Source of the DNA: Salpingoeca rosetta
Lineage: Eukaryota > Protista > Choanoflagellata
Assembly: GCA_033442325.1 (NCBI GenBank)
Contig: JAWQFM010000001.1
Span: 3,259,102 to 3,323,101 of the forward strand
DNA: 64,000 nucleotides
Direction: 5' to 3'
How positions within the stretch are numbered: position 1 is the first letter of the stretch; every line of letters begins with the position of its first letter. Shown one piece after another: positions 51,606 to 64,000 of the stretch. Position numbers and translations under genes: made by a program. The notes under the pieces are model-generated. The model was not told the DNA's origin and ran no database searches. It worked only from the letters and a program-made list of their open reading frames with translations.

Positions 51606-54600
51606 TGCAGACGTGGGCTGCTGCGCACGTCAATGTAGCCCTCAATTTCAGCGAGCCCAGCCAAGTCAATCGACGTCAGCTGGGCGTTGCCAACCATCCT
51701 CAGCGCAGTCTTGATGCTTGTTGACGTGCTGCTACTGGCAAAGCTGACGTTGCGAAGCGACGGGTTCCGTGAGATGATGACCTGACCAGCGTCACTCAGG
51801 CCCCTCACGTCCACCGTGATCAGCTGGCCATTGTCCAAGATGTTGAGTTTGTAACCAACGTGGACGCAGCTTCCATTTAGCGTCAGTGATGACATTGTGT
51901 TCTCGTTGATGGAGAGAAAGTTGATGCTTGTGAGCGCGCCGAAGGTGACGCTGGAGATGGCATTTTCATTCAAGACGACTGAGTGCGCCGTGCTCATGTT
52001 TCCAAAGTCGACCTCGGTCAGCTGATTGCCATTCAAGTTCAGGAAATCCGCGCTGTCAATGTTTTCCAGGCGAATCGCGGTGAATGCGTTGTTGGCAAGG
52101 TTGAGTTTGACGTCAGTCGTGGGTGCCGTAAAGCTGATTTGCGTCAATGAGTTGTTCATGAGGCTTACGGTTCTCCAGGAGTGAGAAGGCACGGAAGGCA
52201 AGTGAATCCGGGAGATGAAGTTGTTGTCGAGCGACAGAGAGTCAATTCTGGTCACGTCGCCAAAGGTGACAGACGTGAGCCGGTTGCTTTTAGCGCTGAG
52301 CTCAGTCATGAACCCCTTCTGCCCATCGAGATGCAGCTTGCCCAGCTGATTGTTGTCCAGATACACTTCTTTGAGCGTGGTCACAGCCCCAATCTCAAGG
52401 CGAGTGAGCTGGTTGTGCCTGGCACTCACAGTCTCAAGGTTGGTAACACGGCCAAAGTCAAGCACTGTCAACTTGTTTGAGTCCAGGTACAGGCTCGTGC
52501 ACGTGTCCATCTTACCAAAGCTGAAGTGGGTCAAACTGTTGCTTTCCAGGTCGATTCCATCTCCCACGAACAAGTTGGTGATGCCAAGGTCAAACGACGT
52601 CAAGTCGTTGTTTTCGAGGGAGAGGAAGCCGCCAATATGGGCCAGGTTGCCGTGCCAACTCTCAGTCAGCTTGTTCCAGCTCAGGTCCACGTCACCTTCA
52701 ACCATCGTTAGCGTTCCCAGATCAAGGGACGACAATTTGTTCTCGCTGAGGCGTAGAGAGCCACTGATGACCGAGACTCCATCAATGTGCAGTCTACTCA
52801 CGTCAGTGTTCGTAATCTCGAGCCCATACGCGATGCGCGGAAGCGAGTTGAAGGAAATCTTGGTGACTGGGTTGTAATTCATCGAAACGACACCGTTGCC
52901 GTTGCTGCCCACGCTCTGTAGATCTCCCAGGTGAATGGACGTTAGCAGATTGCCACCCAGTTCAAGGCGGCCAACATGTGTGAGCTCTCCAAGGTCCAAG
53001 AACGTGAGGTCATTGTCCATCAAGTCTATGGCGCCAGTCGTGCTTGCCAAGCCACCGATCCGCAAGGATGTGAGTTGGTTCTTGGAAAGCCACAGCCCAA
53101 AATCAACCTTGGTGCCAGATCGAAACGTGATGTTGGACAAGGGATTGAACTGCAGCCGGACATCCAGCACGTTCATCTCGCCAAAGTGAACGCTGGTCAG
53201 CGCATTGTGCTTCAGGTCCACTAAGCCACCAATTGATTGGATGCGGCCAAAATCGAGCGCGGTGAGCTGATTGCGGGAAGCACTGAAGTCACCGCCAATG
53301 CAAGTCAGCTCGCCAAAGTCTATGGAAGTAAGGCGATTGTCACCCACGTTCACAGACCCGTTCACGAGTCGAATCGACCCAAACGCAATCGAGGTGAGAT
53401 TGTTGCTGGACACATCAAGAAACCCATACCAGAACGACCAACTGCGGTCAGTGTTGCGCGGCCATTTAGGCAGACCGCCAATCTGTGTCAGTTGGCCAAA
53501 GTCAATCGACTGTAGGCTGTTGTCACGCAATGCCAAGCTTTGAATGCTGGAGAGCCGCCCAAACCGCACTCGACGCAAGCGATTGTTACTGGCATACAGA
53601 CCGCCTTCAATAACTACTCCTGGCTCGCCATCGCTGTCCAGATACAAGTCCTCGATGTTGTTGTTACCCAGGACCAGATCTCCGCGAATCCGCCTCAGCT
53701 TTCCGAGCTCAAAGGACTGCAGTTCGTTGCCATCTAGGTTCAGGAGTCCATCAATCACCTCAAGATTGCTGGCAGGCCAACGCCGGAGCTTGTTGTCGCT
53801 CAGGTCGACGCTCCCATCAACCGCCTTCAGGTTGCCAAAATCGAGCAGGTGGATGGCGTTCCTGTCCAAGAATATGTTGCCAATACGCTCAACTTGAAGA
53901 AAGTCAACCATCGTGAGGCTGTTGTGGGACAGGTCCACCCCATGCTCAAGGGTTCTGAGATCGCCAAAATCAAGCGTCTCCAACGCGCCATTCCTGCCAT
54001 AAATCTGTCCGCTGATGGAGGTGATGTGCCCGAGAAGAAGTTCGCGCTCCGACAAGCTCAGAGACAAGTCAGTCGTGATGGCACGTAGGTTGGACACCTC
54101 TGGACAGCAACAGGCAGACACCGAGAACGCGGTCTTGACGTGGTCCTGTTGAAAGCGAGTACGGCTGTCATAATCGTCGCAGCTCAATATCTCATCGCTT
54201 GGGGCTTCGCTTGGTGCTTCGCTTGGTGCTTCGCTTGGACCGGGTTCTCCAACGCTGCGCTTTCGCACAACCGCAACGGGTACAGCCACAATCAGGACAA
54301 GGCACAGCACGGCCATGCCAATCATAACCAGTCGACGAGTGGTGCAGCGGTTGAGCACAGAAGACAGCCGGTTGCACATCCAACCAGGCTGCTGAGAATG
54401 AGTGGGCCCACCTCGCCTAGGTAGCAGACGAGCTCGGGCGTTGGCAATCATGGGCCCAAGCAACGCCCGCGTTTCGATGTCTCCTTGCTCATCAAACTCA
54501 AACGGAAGTATGTCGTCCTCTTCTGATCCACTGGCGCCATCCATCTTCGTATCAGGCAACACATGATGGCCATCGTCCTGCTCATCCTCGGAGAATGCTG

Positions 54601-54892
54601 TCGCGTGGTCGACCACTTTGCTGTCCGCGCGGGTTTGCGTGCCTGCAGGCAAGTTGTCGTCGTTGTTGTCACTGCTGTCGCTGTCAGGGTGCAGATCTCC
54701 TCTACCCTGCCTGTTGACGTTCACAGCGGGCTGCTCTTGGCCTTGTTCTTCGTTTTGCATGCCGGGCTGCACGTGGTGCTGCTGTTGCTGCTGCTGCTGT
54801 TGCTGTTGTTGTTGGTGGTGGTGGTGTTGTTCATGTTCTTGTGGCGTTTCGGCATCTGGCCTCTGAGCCGCCGCCACTCTTCTGTCGTCCAT
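51485..54892 (-). CDS. Intronless type II membrane protein with about 35 atypical 21-22-aa LRRs, about 1135 aa
   Basis: Single ORF (51485-55093); first ATG at 54892 (MDDRRV). It has a polyQ/acidic N-tail, one TM (LVMIGMAVLCLVLIVAVPVAVV), a (PSEA)n stalk, a Cys cap, repeats of LTxLDFGxLxxIxGxLxLxxNx and a Cys-rich C-cap. Confidence 0.88.
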   Translation of the reverse strand: MDDRRVAAAQRPDAETPQEHEQHHHHQQQQQQQQQQQQHHVQPGMQNEEQGQEQPAVNVNRQGRGDLHPDSDSSDNNDDNLPAGTQTRADSKVVDHATAFSEDEQDDGHHVLPDTKMDGASGSEEDDILPFEFDEQGDIETRALLGPMIANARARLLPRRGGPTHSQQPGWMCNRLSSVLNRCTTRRLVMIGMAVLCLVLIVAVPVAVVRKRSVGEPGPSEAPSEAPSEAPSDEILSCDDYDSRTRFQQDHVKTAFSVSACCCPEVSNLRAITTDLSLSLSERELLLGHITSISGQIYGRNGALETLDFGDLRTLEHGVDLSHNSLTMVDFLQVERIGNIFLDRNAIHLLDFGNLKAVDGSVDLSDNKLRRWPASNLEVIDGLLNLDGNELQSFELGKLRRIRGDLVLGNNNIEDLYLDSDGEPGVVIEGGLYASNNRLRRVRFGRLSSIQSLALRDNSLQSIDFGQLTQIGGLPKWPRNTDRSWSFWYGFLDVSSNNLTSIAFGSIRLVNGSVNVGDNRLTSIDFGELTCIGGDFSASRNQLTALDFGRIQSIGGLVDLKHNALTSVHFGEMNVLDVRLQFNPLSNITFRSGTKVDFGLWLSKNQLTSLRIGGLASTTGAIDLMDNDLTFLDLGELTHVGRLELGGNLLTSIHLGDLQSVGSNGNGVVSMNYNPVTKISFNSLPRIAYGLEITNTDVSRLHIDGVSVISGSLRLSENKLSSLDLGTLTMVEGDVDLSWNKLTESWHGNLAHIGGFLSLENNDLTSFDLGITNLFVGDGIDLESNSLTHFSFGKMDTCTSLYLDSNKLTVLDFGRVTNLETVSARHNQLTRLEIGAVTTLKEVYLDNNQLGKLHLDGQKGFMTELSAKSNRLTSVTFGDVTRIDSLSLDNNFISRIHLPSVPSHSWRTVSLMNNSLTQISFTAPTTDVKLNLANNAFTAIRLENIDSADFLNLNGNQLTEVDFGNMSTAHSVVLNENAISSVTFGALTSINFLSINENTMSSLTLNGSCVHVGYKLNILDNGQLITVDVRGLSDAGQVIISRNPSLRNVSFASSSTSTSIKTALRMVGNAQLTSIDLAGLAEIEGYIDVRSSPRLQSVNCRGLGSCICHDSGTATVNCPLRCHHHECKDLDDDLV

Positions 54893-55453
54893 GATAATTT
54901 GGTCCTTTGGTCTTCTTGATGGGTAGCGACTGCGCTGCGAGATGGGAAAGCAAGCTTGCAAGCGGCTTTGGACAAGCTTCCCGTTGAAGGTTGAAGGGGA
55001 AGGCTGGAAGGAAGACTGGAACTTCCGGGCTAGGGAGGTGTGTTCTTCTGTTCTTCGTTCTCTTGTATGTGCTTTCTTGTGCACTGCTTGCACTGTTTGT
55101 AGTTGGTTGTGCGCGCAGTTCCAGGAGTCTCGTGAGTGAGTTCGTGATCTCCTGATCTCTTCCCACTCGGCACCTCAGGCAGCGCAGCACACTCCTTCTG
55201 TGGTTCGTGAAGTGTGGGATCTTCTCAGCTTACTTAGCAGCTTCTCGGCTTCTCGGCTTCTCTTTGATCTGAGGAGGGAGGCAGGAAGGGTGTCCTGTCC
55301 TTCTGTCTCAGTGTCTCAAAAAGCAGCACCGTCCACAAGCACCAGCAACAAAGGAAAAGTTGCTTCTTGGGAAAAGGCGTGATACAAGACAACTTGTGGA
55401 AAACACCACTAATTTTCTCTCGCATCTCCAGTCGCAGAAGCAAGCCAACCAAG

Positions 55454-56916
<1,463 letters not shown>

Positions 56917-57168
56917 TCTGTCTCTCTCCTTTCTCTCTTCGCTGCGTGGTATCCAACTATCTGCCTGCTACCTCTCTCTCTCCCTCTCTCTCTCTGCGTG
57001 CCCTCCCCTCGGTGTCACATCACGCTTGTCATTCATCACACATTACAACCAGTTCGGCTTATCCAAGCCAACGCATCCATCCATCCATGCAGCAAGTCAC
57101 ACATCACATTCCACCACCACCACCAACAACAACCAAACAACCGTTGCAAGAAGCAACCAACAGTGGCC

Positions 57169-57285
57169 ATGGAGGGGGTTGTCAGTAGCAGGGATGTTGA
57201 CGATGGTGGCGATGGTGATGATGACCTTGTTGTGGTGAGCAGTGGTAGCTGGGTGTGCGACCTCTCTGCCACAGATGATGTAAAT

Positions 57286-57317
<32 letters not shown>

Positions 57318-58342
57318 AGAAGGGGTGCCGTTGCTGTCGCTGGCGGAGCGGCTGGCCCAGCGTCGGCCATCGCTCATGGCGCAGCACACGGGGTCTGCCG
57401 CCAACAAAGTGTGCTCGGGCCTGCAGCTGGATCTGGGCGATGCAAGCACAGCGGCCACGTCTCCGCACCCGCTACGACGGCGACAGCAGCGGCGGCAGCA
57501 TCAACGTCAGCCCGGCAGCCGTGAGGCCAGAGGCACAGCAGTTGTGGACGGAGGCGGTGACACTGAACCAGACAACAGCAGCGACGACGACGGTCACGGC
57601 AGTGATAGCGATAGCTTACCGAGCACGCAGCTAGCCGTCGGAACAGCAAAGCACAGCTACAACGAGAGTGCCGACGACAATGGCTTTGGCAGCAGAGAAG
57701 TGGCTGTACGTGTCAACGCACGCAAGAAGGCTAAGGTGGGGACGACAACGCAGGCAGAGCCGTCGCGGAGCAGCAGCGGGGACCAAGCGCAAACAATGAC
57801 GCGACGGGAGCAGCAAGCTCTGGCGAAGGAGCAGCGAAAGCGCGAGCGAGAGCAGAGGAAGAAGCAGAAGGAACACAGCACTGCGGTGCGCAAGCTTGTG
57901 CGTGCCACGTCCAAGAAGAAAGATGTGGCTGCTCACCTCGCCACCATGAGGTGCCACATCTCTTCTGCGCTGCTCAAGGTGCTTGATGATGATGATAATG
58001 TGTGTGTGTGTGTGTGTGTGCGTGCGTGTGTGTGTGTGTGTGTGCGCGCGCGTGCGTGTGTGTGTGTGTTTGGCTTGCAGCTGATTGACAGCTGTGCGCA
58101 TGAACGTGTGCTCATCTTTATTCATGCACACACACGCGCGCGCATCAGGATCGCGCACGGTCGGCGCTGCGGGAAACGCTGTCGCAACACGATGTCACCA
58201 TCGTGGAGGAGCACGACGGTCCACTGGCCGCGTTGGGCCGTACAGTGTGGTGGCAGCGCAGGCGCGATTCTGTGGACACACAGCAGGCCCAAGTTGTGTC
58301 CACCCTCGAAGACGAGCCACACTTGCTCGTCCTGGTACGCCG

Positions 58343-58415
<73 letters not shown>

Positions 58416-59283
58416 CACATCGTATCCTCAACTAGTCAGCCCTCCATATCACCACTCACATTCCCCTCCTCCTTGGCTCAGGTGTCAGGGAAGGAGCTGG
58501 TTACTCTCATTGACAAGGAGAGCGGCTTGAAGGACTTTATTGCTTCCATCAAGGCCGTCATTGACCCGACATGGAAGGTGCGCTCAGCCAACGTGCAGTC
58601 CCGCTCATTGCAGACTGGGAGACTCTGTGTCTGTGTGTCTGTGTGTCTGTGTACAATTACAGTACACGGGTGCGGTTCACCGCTGACACGACTTGTTGTA
58701 ATCGCCGTCACTGTACAGATCACGCTTGTGATTGAAGGGCTGGAACGCTTCTTCCGTGCGCAGGACAGCAAGGAGCACCGCGCATTCGTTGCACATGTGC
58801 ACGGCGGTGAGAGCGGCGGTGGGAGGTCGGCGAAGCGGCCCAGCAGATCCGCCCGGCCCAGCAGATCCGCCCGCAACAGCGCACCCAGCACCAGCGTCAC
58901 ACGCGTCATCGGTCCGTTTGTGCAGCTGCAATTGGGTCTGCGTCTGTCTGCCCGTCCGTCTGTCCGTCCGTCTGTCTGTCTGTGAGTCTGTCTTCCTCTT
59001 CCTGCTTCTTCCGCCTTTCCCTCTCCCTCTCTCGCCACTGCTGATCGCTCCTCACACCTCGTGCACCACCACCACCAGCCGAGCACGTGCTGGTGTGGCT
59101 GCAGATGGATGCAGAGGTGTATCCCCGACTCACTACGTCTCCGTCAGAGACAGCAGACCTCCTCCTCCGGATGACAAAGGTGGGGTGGCCATCGAGAACC
59201 TGCTAACGCAGTCTTTGATTTGTTGCACACACGATGTCCTGCAAGCACAAACGTGCAAATGTTCGTGCACATATTCACATTGT

Positions 59284-59362
<79 letters not shown>

Positions 59363-59365
59363 TGC

Positions 59366-59411
<46 letters not shown>

Positions 59412-59939
59412 ATATACACGCACCCCGGACTGTGCAGGCCGTGGCGACGTCTGTTNNNNNNNNNNNNNNNNNNNNNNNNNNNNNNNNNNNNNNNNNNNNN
59501 NNNNNNNNNNNNNNNNNNNNNNNNNNNNNNNNNNNNNNNNNNNNNNNNNNNNNNNTCTGCTTGATGATCTTTGGTGCATCCTCGTTTCAGCACACGCGAT
59601 TGCACAGCGGTTTCGCTCTCCGCACGCCCTCACCGAGGCGCTCTGCTTGCAGGACTTGAGGCAGTCTCAGAGGTGTGTGCATGTGTGTGCATGTGTGTGT
59701 GCGCATGTGTTTGTTTGTGCAGCTTTGTGGCTGCCCCTCGTTCGTGATGTCGCCATCTCTACCGTTTTCTCTCCACCTCACGAACACCCTCCCACTGCAC
59801 GGTACCCTCCATCTCAACCGCCCACACTGCCGCGTGCCAGATGGTCCCGCGCGGGCGCCGGCAGCGCATTGGCCGCGCAATTGCTGCCAGAATGCTCAAG
59901 TTCTTCACCGCCACAGACCCGGACCAGCCGCTCGCATAG
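57169..59939 (+). CDS. EME1: Crossover junction endonuclease EME1-like (MUS81 partner), interrupted by an N-gap
   Basis: LLSLAERL and a charged N-terminus; ERCC4-like segments TVWWQRR, EDEPHLLVL, ITLVIEGLERFFR, EHVLVWLQM and LLLRMTK; HhH region AHAIAQRFRSPHAL; C-terminus RQRIGRAIAARMLKFFTATDPDQPLA* (TAG at 59937-59939). Confidence 0.78.
59456..59555. other. Assembly gap (100 N)
   Basis: Run of N inside the EME1-like gene. Confidence 0.99.
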
Positions 59940-59951
59940 CGCACGCAGGGT

Positions 59952-59988
<37 letters not shown>

Positions 59989-60350
59989 GAACGAATGACC
60001 TTGGTGTGTGTGGCACACACGTTGAGATGAATGCGCACGTATGACTGGCGCATCACACACTCACACACGGTTGGCTTGTTGACCTTGTTCGAACTGATAC
60101 CCTTGTTCGTGTGTGTGCTGCTGGCCAGTCCAATGCGCTGTTCTCTAGCCGTTCCGGGAATTCTTCTTGCTCTTTACATGTAGTCTATTCGAATAGATAA
60201 TTGATTGACACCAAGCAATCGTTGAAAGCGTGGCCACACACACGCACACGCACATACACACACATACATACACGTACACACACGCACGTACACGCACGTA
60301 CACACGCACATACACGTACATACACAGATCAACAACAGCAGTAGCAGCAT

Positions 60351-60697
60351 CTAGGCCTCGCTGTCGCTGGTGAAGGAAAGGGAAGCAGCAAGATTGGAAT
60401 GAAACAGTGCAAAGTCGAATGCGCCTGGAGGTCGCGGCGTCGACACAGAAGATGCGGTGAAGACGCGGTCGACGGCAGCTGCATGTGGCAAGGCCGTGGG
60501 CGATGGTGCTGGTTCGTGGCGTGCACTGTTGTGTTCGGGCAAATGTGGCAAGTCAGGGGGTGCCGTCGATGTGCCATTCCTTGACGCGCACTCGTGCTGA
60601 AGTGGCTGCTGCACCTCCTTACCAGGTACACGCTCTCTTCTCAATGAAGCCCGTGTTACTTCTGTCGTTGTTGCTGTTGCTGCTGCTGCCGCTGGTT

Positions 60698-60734
<37 letters not shown>

Positions 60735-63260
60735 CGGTGGTGCTGGTGAGCGTGAGCGTGAGCGAGGGAACGATTCGGGCAGTGGCGGTGGTGGTGACGC
60801 CAGCCGATGCACTGCTGATGGTCGCGGCAGCCGTGTCTTGAAGGCACGAGATGCTTGCTCAGGATCAACCACACGCGAGGCTTGATAACTTAGAACTGGC
60901 TGATGTTGCAATGTGTGTGTCAGCGTTGCTGTTGCTGGCATGACTGTTGGTGTTGCTGCTGTTATTGTGGGTGCACGAGCATCGATGGAAGGGCGTGCTG
61001 TTGTCAGATGCTGCTGCTGGAAGTGCAACGCACCGTGGCGTGGCAGATGCTGCAGTGACGTGTAGGCGTCTTCTTGGTCAGTGACACCACCACCCGTTGG
61101 AATATCATCAATGTGAATTCGGGCGCCCAAGTCATGGCGCTGAGGGGCAATCACCATCGCTGGTGCATGGCCGACACTTGCTTGCAGATGCTGCTGCTGC
61201 TGTTGCTGCGATTGCTGGTGCTGGTGCTGCTGGTGCCACTGTTGTGACTGCAGAGCTGATGACACGGATGTGCGCGCGTACAAGACGCTGCCTCGCTTGC
61301 TGTCGTGGCGGCTGTTGTTGATGCTGACACGGCGTGTCCGCTGCCCCTGCATGGTGGCGTACTCGCCATCAGACACGAACGTGGAGCCGTAGCCCGTGCT
61401 CGGATTGCTGCTGCTGCTGTGGCTAACGTGCGCAATTATGGGGACACTCGTTGGGCGCAAGTGCTGCGGTGCGTCGTGCCGGTGCATTGCAAAGCCCTGC
61501 TGTTTCAGCTTGGACATGATATTCACCACATCCCTCGGCGGCACAAGTGGCGAGCCGTCTGCTCGCTGCTGGTACTGGTACTGCTGCTGCTGATGCTGTT
61601 GGCTATCTGAGGGGAAGGAGATCTGCTGATGTTGCACGTAACACTGTTGCTGTGGTTGAGCAATGTTTGGACCAGCACACATGACTGGCGCAACAGGAGT
61701 TGCCGATGTCTGGTGCTGCTGCTGCTGCTGTTGCTCTTGTTGTTGTTCTTGTTGCATCGTGAATTGCTGCTGCATGGCAAAGAGTTGCTGCTGCTGCTGC
61801 TGCTGCAGGACGTGTGCTTGCGCTGGGTGGATTGGATGCATCACCCCACCAACATCAACAGCATCAGCACCGCTGCCCCCATCCCACGACACCACAGCGG
61901 AGTCACTGCCCCTCTTCTGCGGCCCTGAAACAATGCTGTTCCTCCCAACACTATCAGTCCCACTACTGCTACCACAACCGCTCCCAACAGCACAACTACC
62001 ACGGCTGCCACGATCACCCAGCGCCATCTGCGTCCCTGTGATGTGCAGTGTTCCCTGCAGTTCGCGGCCCGCTGCCACTGTGCGCATGGTGGACGTGAGC
62101 GTGTGTGCGATATCGGCGAACGAGGGGCGTTCCTGAGGATCCGCCATCCAGCACTGGAGCATGAGTCCGTACACCTCGAGAGGACAGCACGCAGGGCAGG
62201 GCAGGCGATGGCCAGAGGACACAGCCTCCACCACAGCGGTGTTGGACATGCTGCTGTACGGCTTCTCGCACGCACTATCGCGCATGGAACAGAACCATGT
62301 GATGGGCGTGTGAATGTGTGAATGTGTGTAAGTGAATGCGTGTGTATGCGAGTGTGTGAATGTGTGCAAGTGAGTGTGTGTGTATGCGAGCGTGTGGATG
62401 TATGCGAGTGTGTGCATGTGTGAATGTGTGGATGTGTGTGAGCGTATGTGTGTACGTCTGTGTGTACGCATGTGTGGGTACGCATGTAATGTGCGAGGAG
62501 AACTTGGATGAAGCGGGGATGCAATGGCGAATACACCCACAACCGCGTGTGCAATAAAGCCATGCGTGCAGGCGGTGAAGTGGTGGGCATGTGTGGCGTG
62601 TACTCACTTTGTCGCAATCTCGAACAGCACAATGCCATAGCTCCAAACGTCGCTGGCAGTGGAGAACTGGTGCATTCAACAAATGAATATGAGCGGATAC
62701 AACACGTGATTGGGAAGCGCGAGACGGCAACTGTACACGCTGCTTATAACACGCCAACACATCCTCGTGCACCAACACACGAACATCTCACGTGAACACA
62801 CCTGCACAGAAACTGATTTACAGACACGCAGGCACACTTTCAGACACACGCACGCACTGATGCATGAACACATGAATACAGAGCAGACACCCCTCCCTGC
62901 ACACGCACATCCGCACGCCACACAGGTTGGCTCACCCGCTGGAGGTTGAGGACTTCGGGCGCCGTCCAACGGACAGGGATGATCTTCTCCTGGTGCATCT
63001 CGTAGTACTGGTGGTCCTTGAACAATCCAAAGTCGGCCACTTTGCACGTCATGTCTGCACTCACAAGCACGTTGCGTGCAGCAAGATCCATGTGCAACGC
63101 GCCAGCCGTGGAAATGGCCCGCATGCCTACACAGAGAGAGAGAGGAGGTATGTTCGAGCATGTGATGAATAGGAGGAGCCACGGAGAGGATACTTCAAAT
63201 CAACGTGCGCGCACACGCACCCATGACGCGTGTTTGGGCCACGTGGTGCACAAAACCACA

Positions 63261-63301
<41 letters not shown>

Positions 63302-64000
63302 CAACAACAGCAACGACAACAACACCACCACCACCAACGACAACACACACTCGCGTGTACCTCTGGCAATGTCGCGGGCCATCTTGAGTTTTGTGGCCCA
63401 GTCGAGTTGGCGGCGAAGCGTGTAGCGCTGCAGGAACGAATCCAACGCCCCGTGCTCGCAGTACTCCAGCACAAGCAGCATGGGCTGGTCACCAGCCGTC
63501 ACCACGCCAAGCAGCTGCACAATGTTCTTGCAGTGGCGAAACTGCGCCAGAGACGCGGCCTCATACCGCAAGTTGGTGTCGTCGTACGTGCCGTCAGGGA
63601 ATGCCCGCGTCATCTTCACAGCAACGGGAAGTGCGGTGTCACCAATCACTGTCGCCCTGTTGTGCCACCTTGAAACCAAAGCAGCCAAGGCCAAACACAG
63701 GCGTCTCAGCCAGCCGCCACGTTGACAACAACCAACACCTCCACTACCAGCATCATCGGCAACATTGTATGCAGCATCGTGATGTTTCTCGTCGCAGCCC
63801 CAGGTCTCACCGCCCCAGGTCTCACCGCCCCAGGCATCGTCATCGTCACCATCACTCGAGCTGAAAGTGATGCTGTTGCTGTCGTCCGAATCATCGCCAC
63901 CGTCTGAGTGTTCATCGCCGGTGACAATCGGAGTTTGCGAGACAGCCAGCGGTTCCTGCTTCCAACCCTCTCCGCCCACATCGCCATCACCAATATGACT
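60351..64000 (-). CDS. Tyrosine kinase with an HM catalytic loop (HMTK-like) and a long Q-rich C-tail; 5' end outside window
   Basis: VAVK; NIVQLLGVV; LVLEYCEHGAL; HMDLAARNVLV; KVADFGL; IPVRWTAPE; FSTASDVWSYGIVLFEI; PYSSMSN..GHRLPCP..LMLQCW..PQERPSF. Stop at 60351-60353. Confidence 0.9.

Overview
Gene-dense, intron-rich eukaryotic DNA. The (GT)n/(CA)n-filled GT-AG introns, HM-motif tyrosine kinase and algal-type ascorbate peroxidase suggest a choanoflagellate such as Salpingoeca (inference). Manual splicing gives 13 protein genes, in order: separase (5'-partial, with an internal SAP domain), an LRR-TM-TKL receptor kinase, NOP14, an Mpv17/PMP22 protein, a PAT1-like protein, a membrane-anchored Slob/PXK-like pseudokinase with WH2, a calpain carrying an EFCAB7-like C-terminal half, a PDK/BCKDK-family kinase, an ascorbate peroxidase, an intronless type II membrane LRR protein, RPS17, EME1 and a 5'-partial HM-motif tyrosine kinase. 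There are two N-gaps and two tandem duplications that look like assembly artefacts. Most ORFs in the supplied track are microsatellite or antisense shadows. I found no rRNA, tRNA, CRISPR or transposase. The best leads are the SAP-separase, the polarised (GT)n...(CA)n intron architecture, a PTS2-tagged algal-type APX, the calpain-EFCAB7 fusion, two nearly intronless LRR receptors and a direct-repeat-flanked structured element in RPS17 intron 2. Family calls come from recalled motifs; no database search was run.
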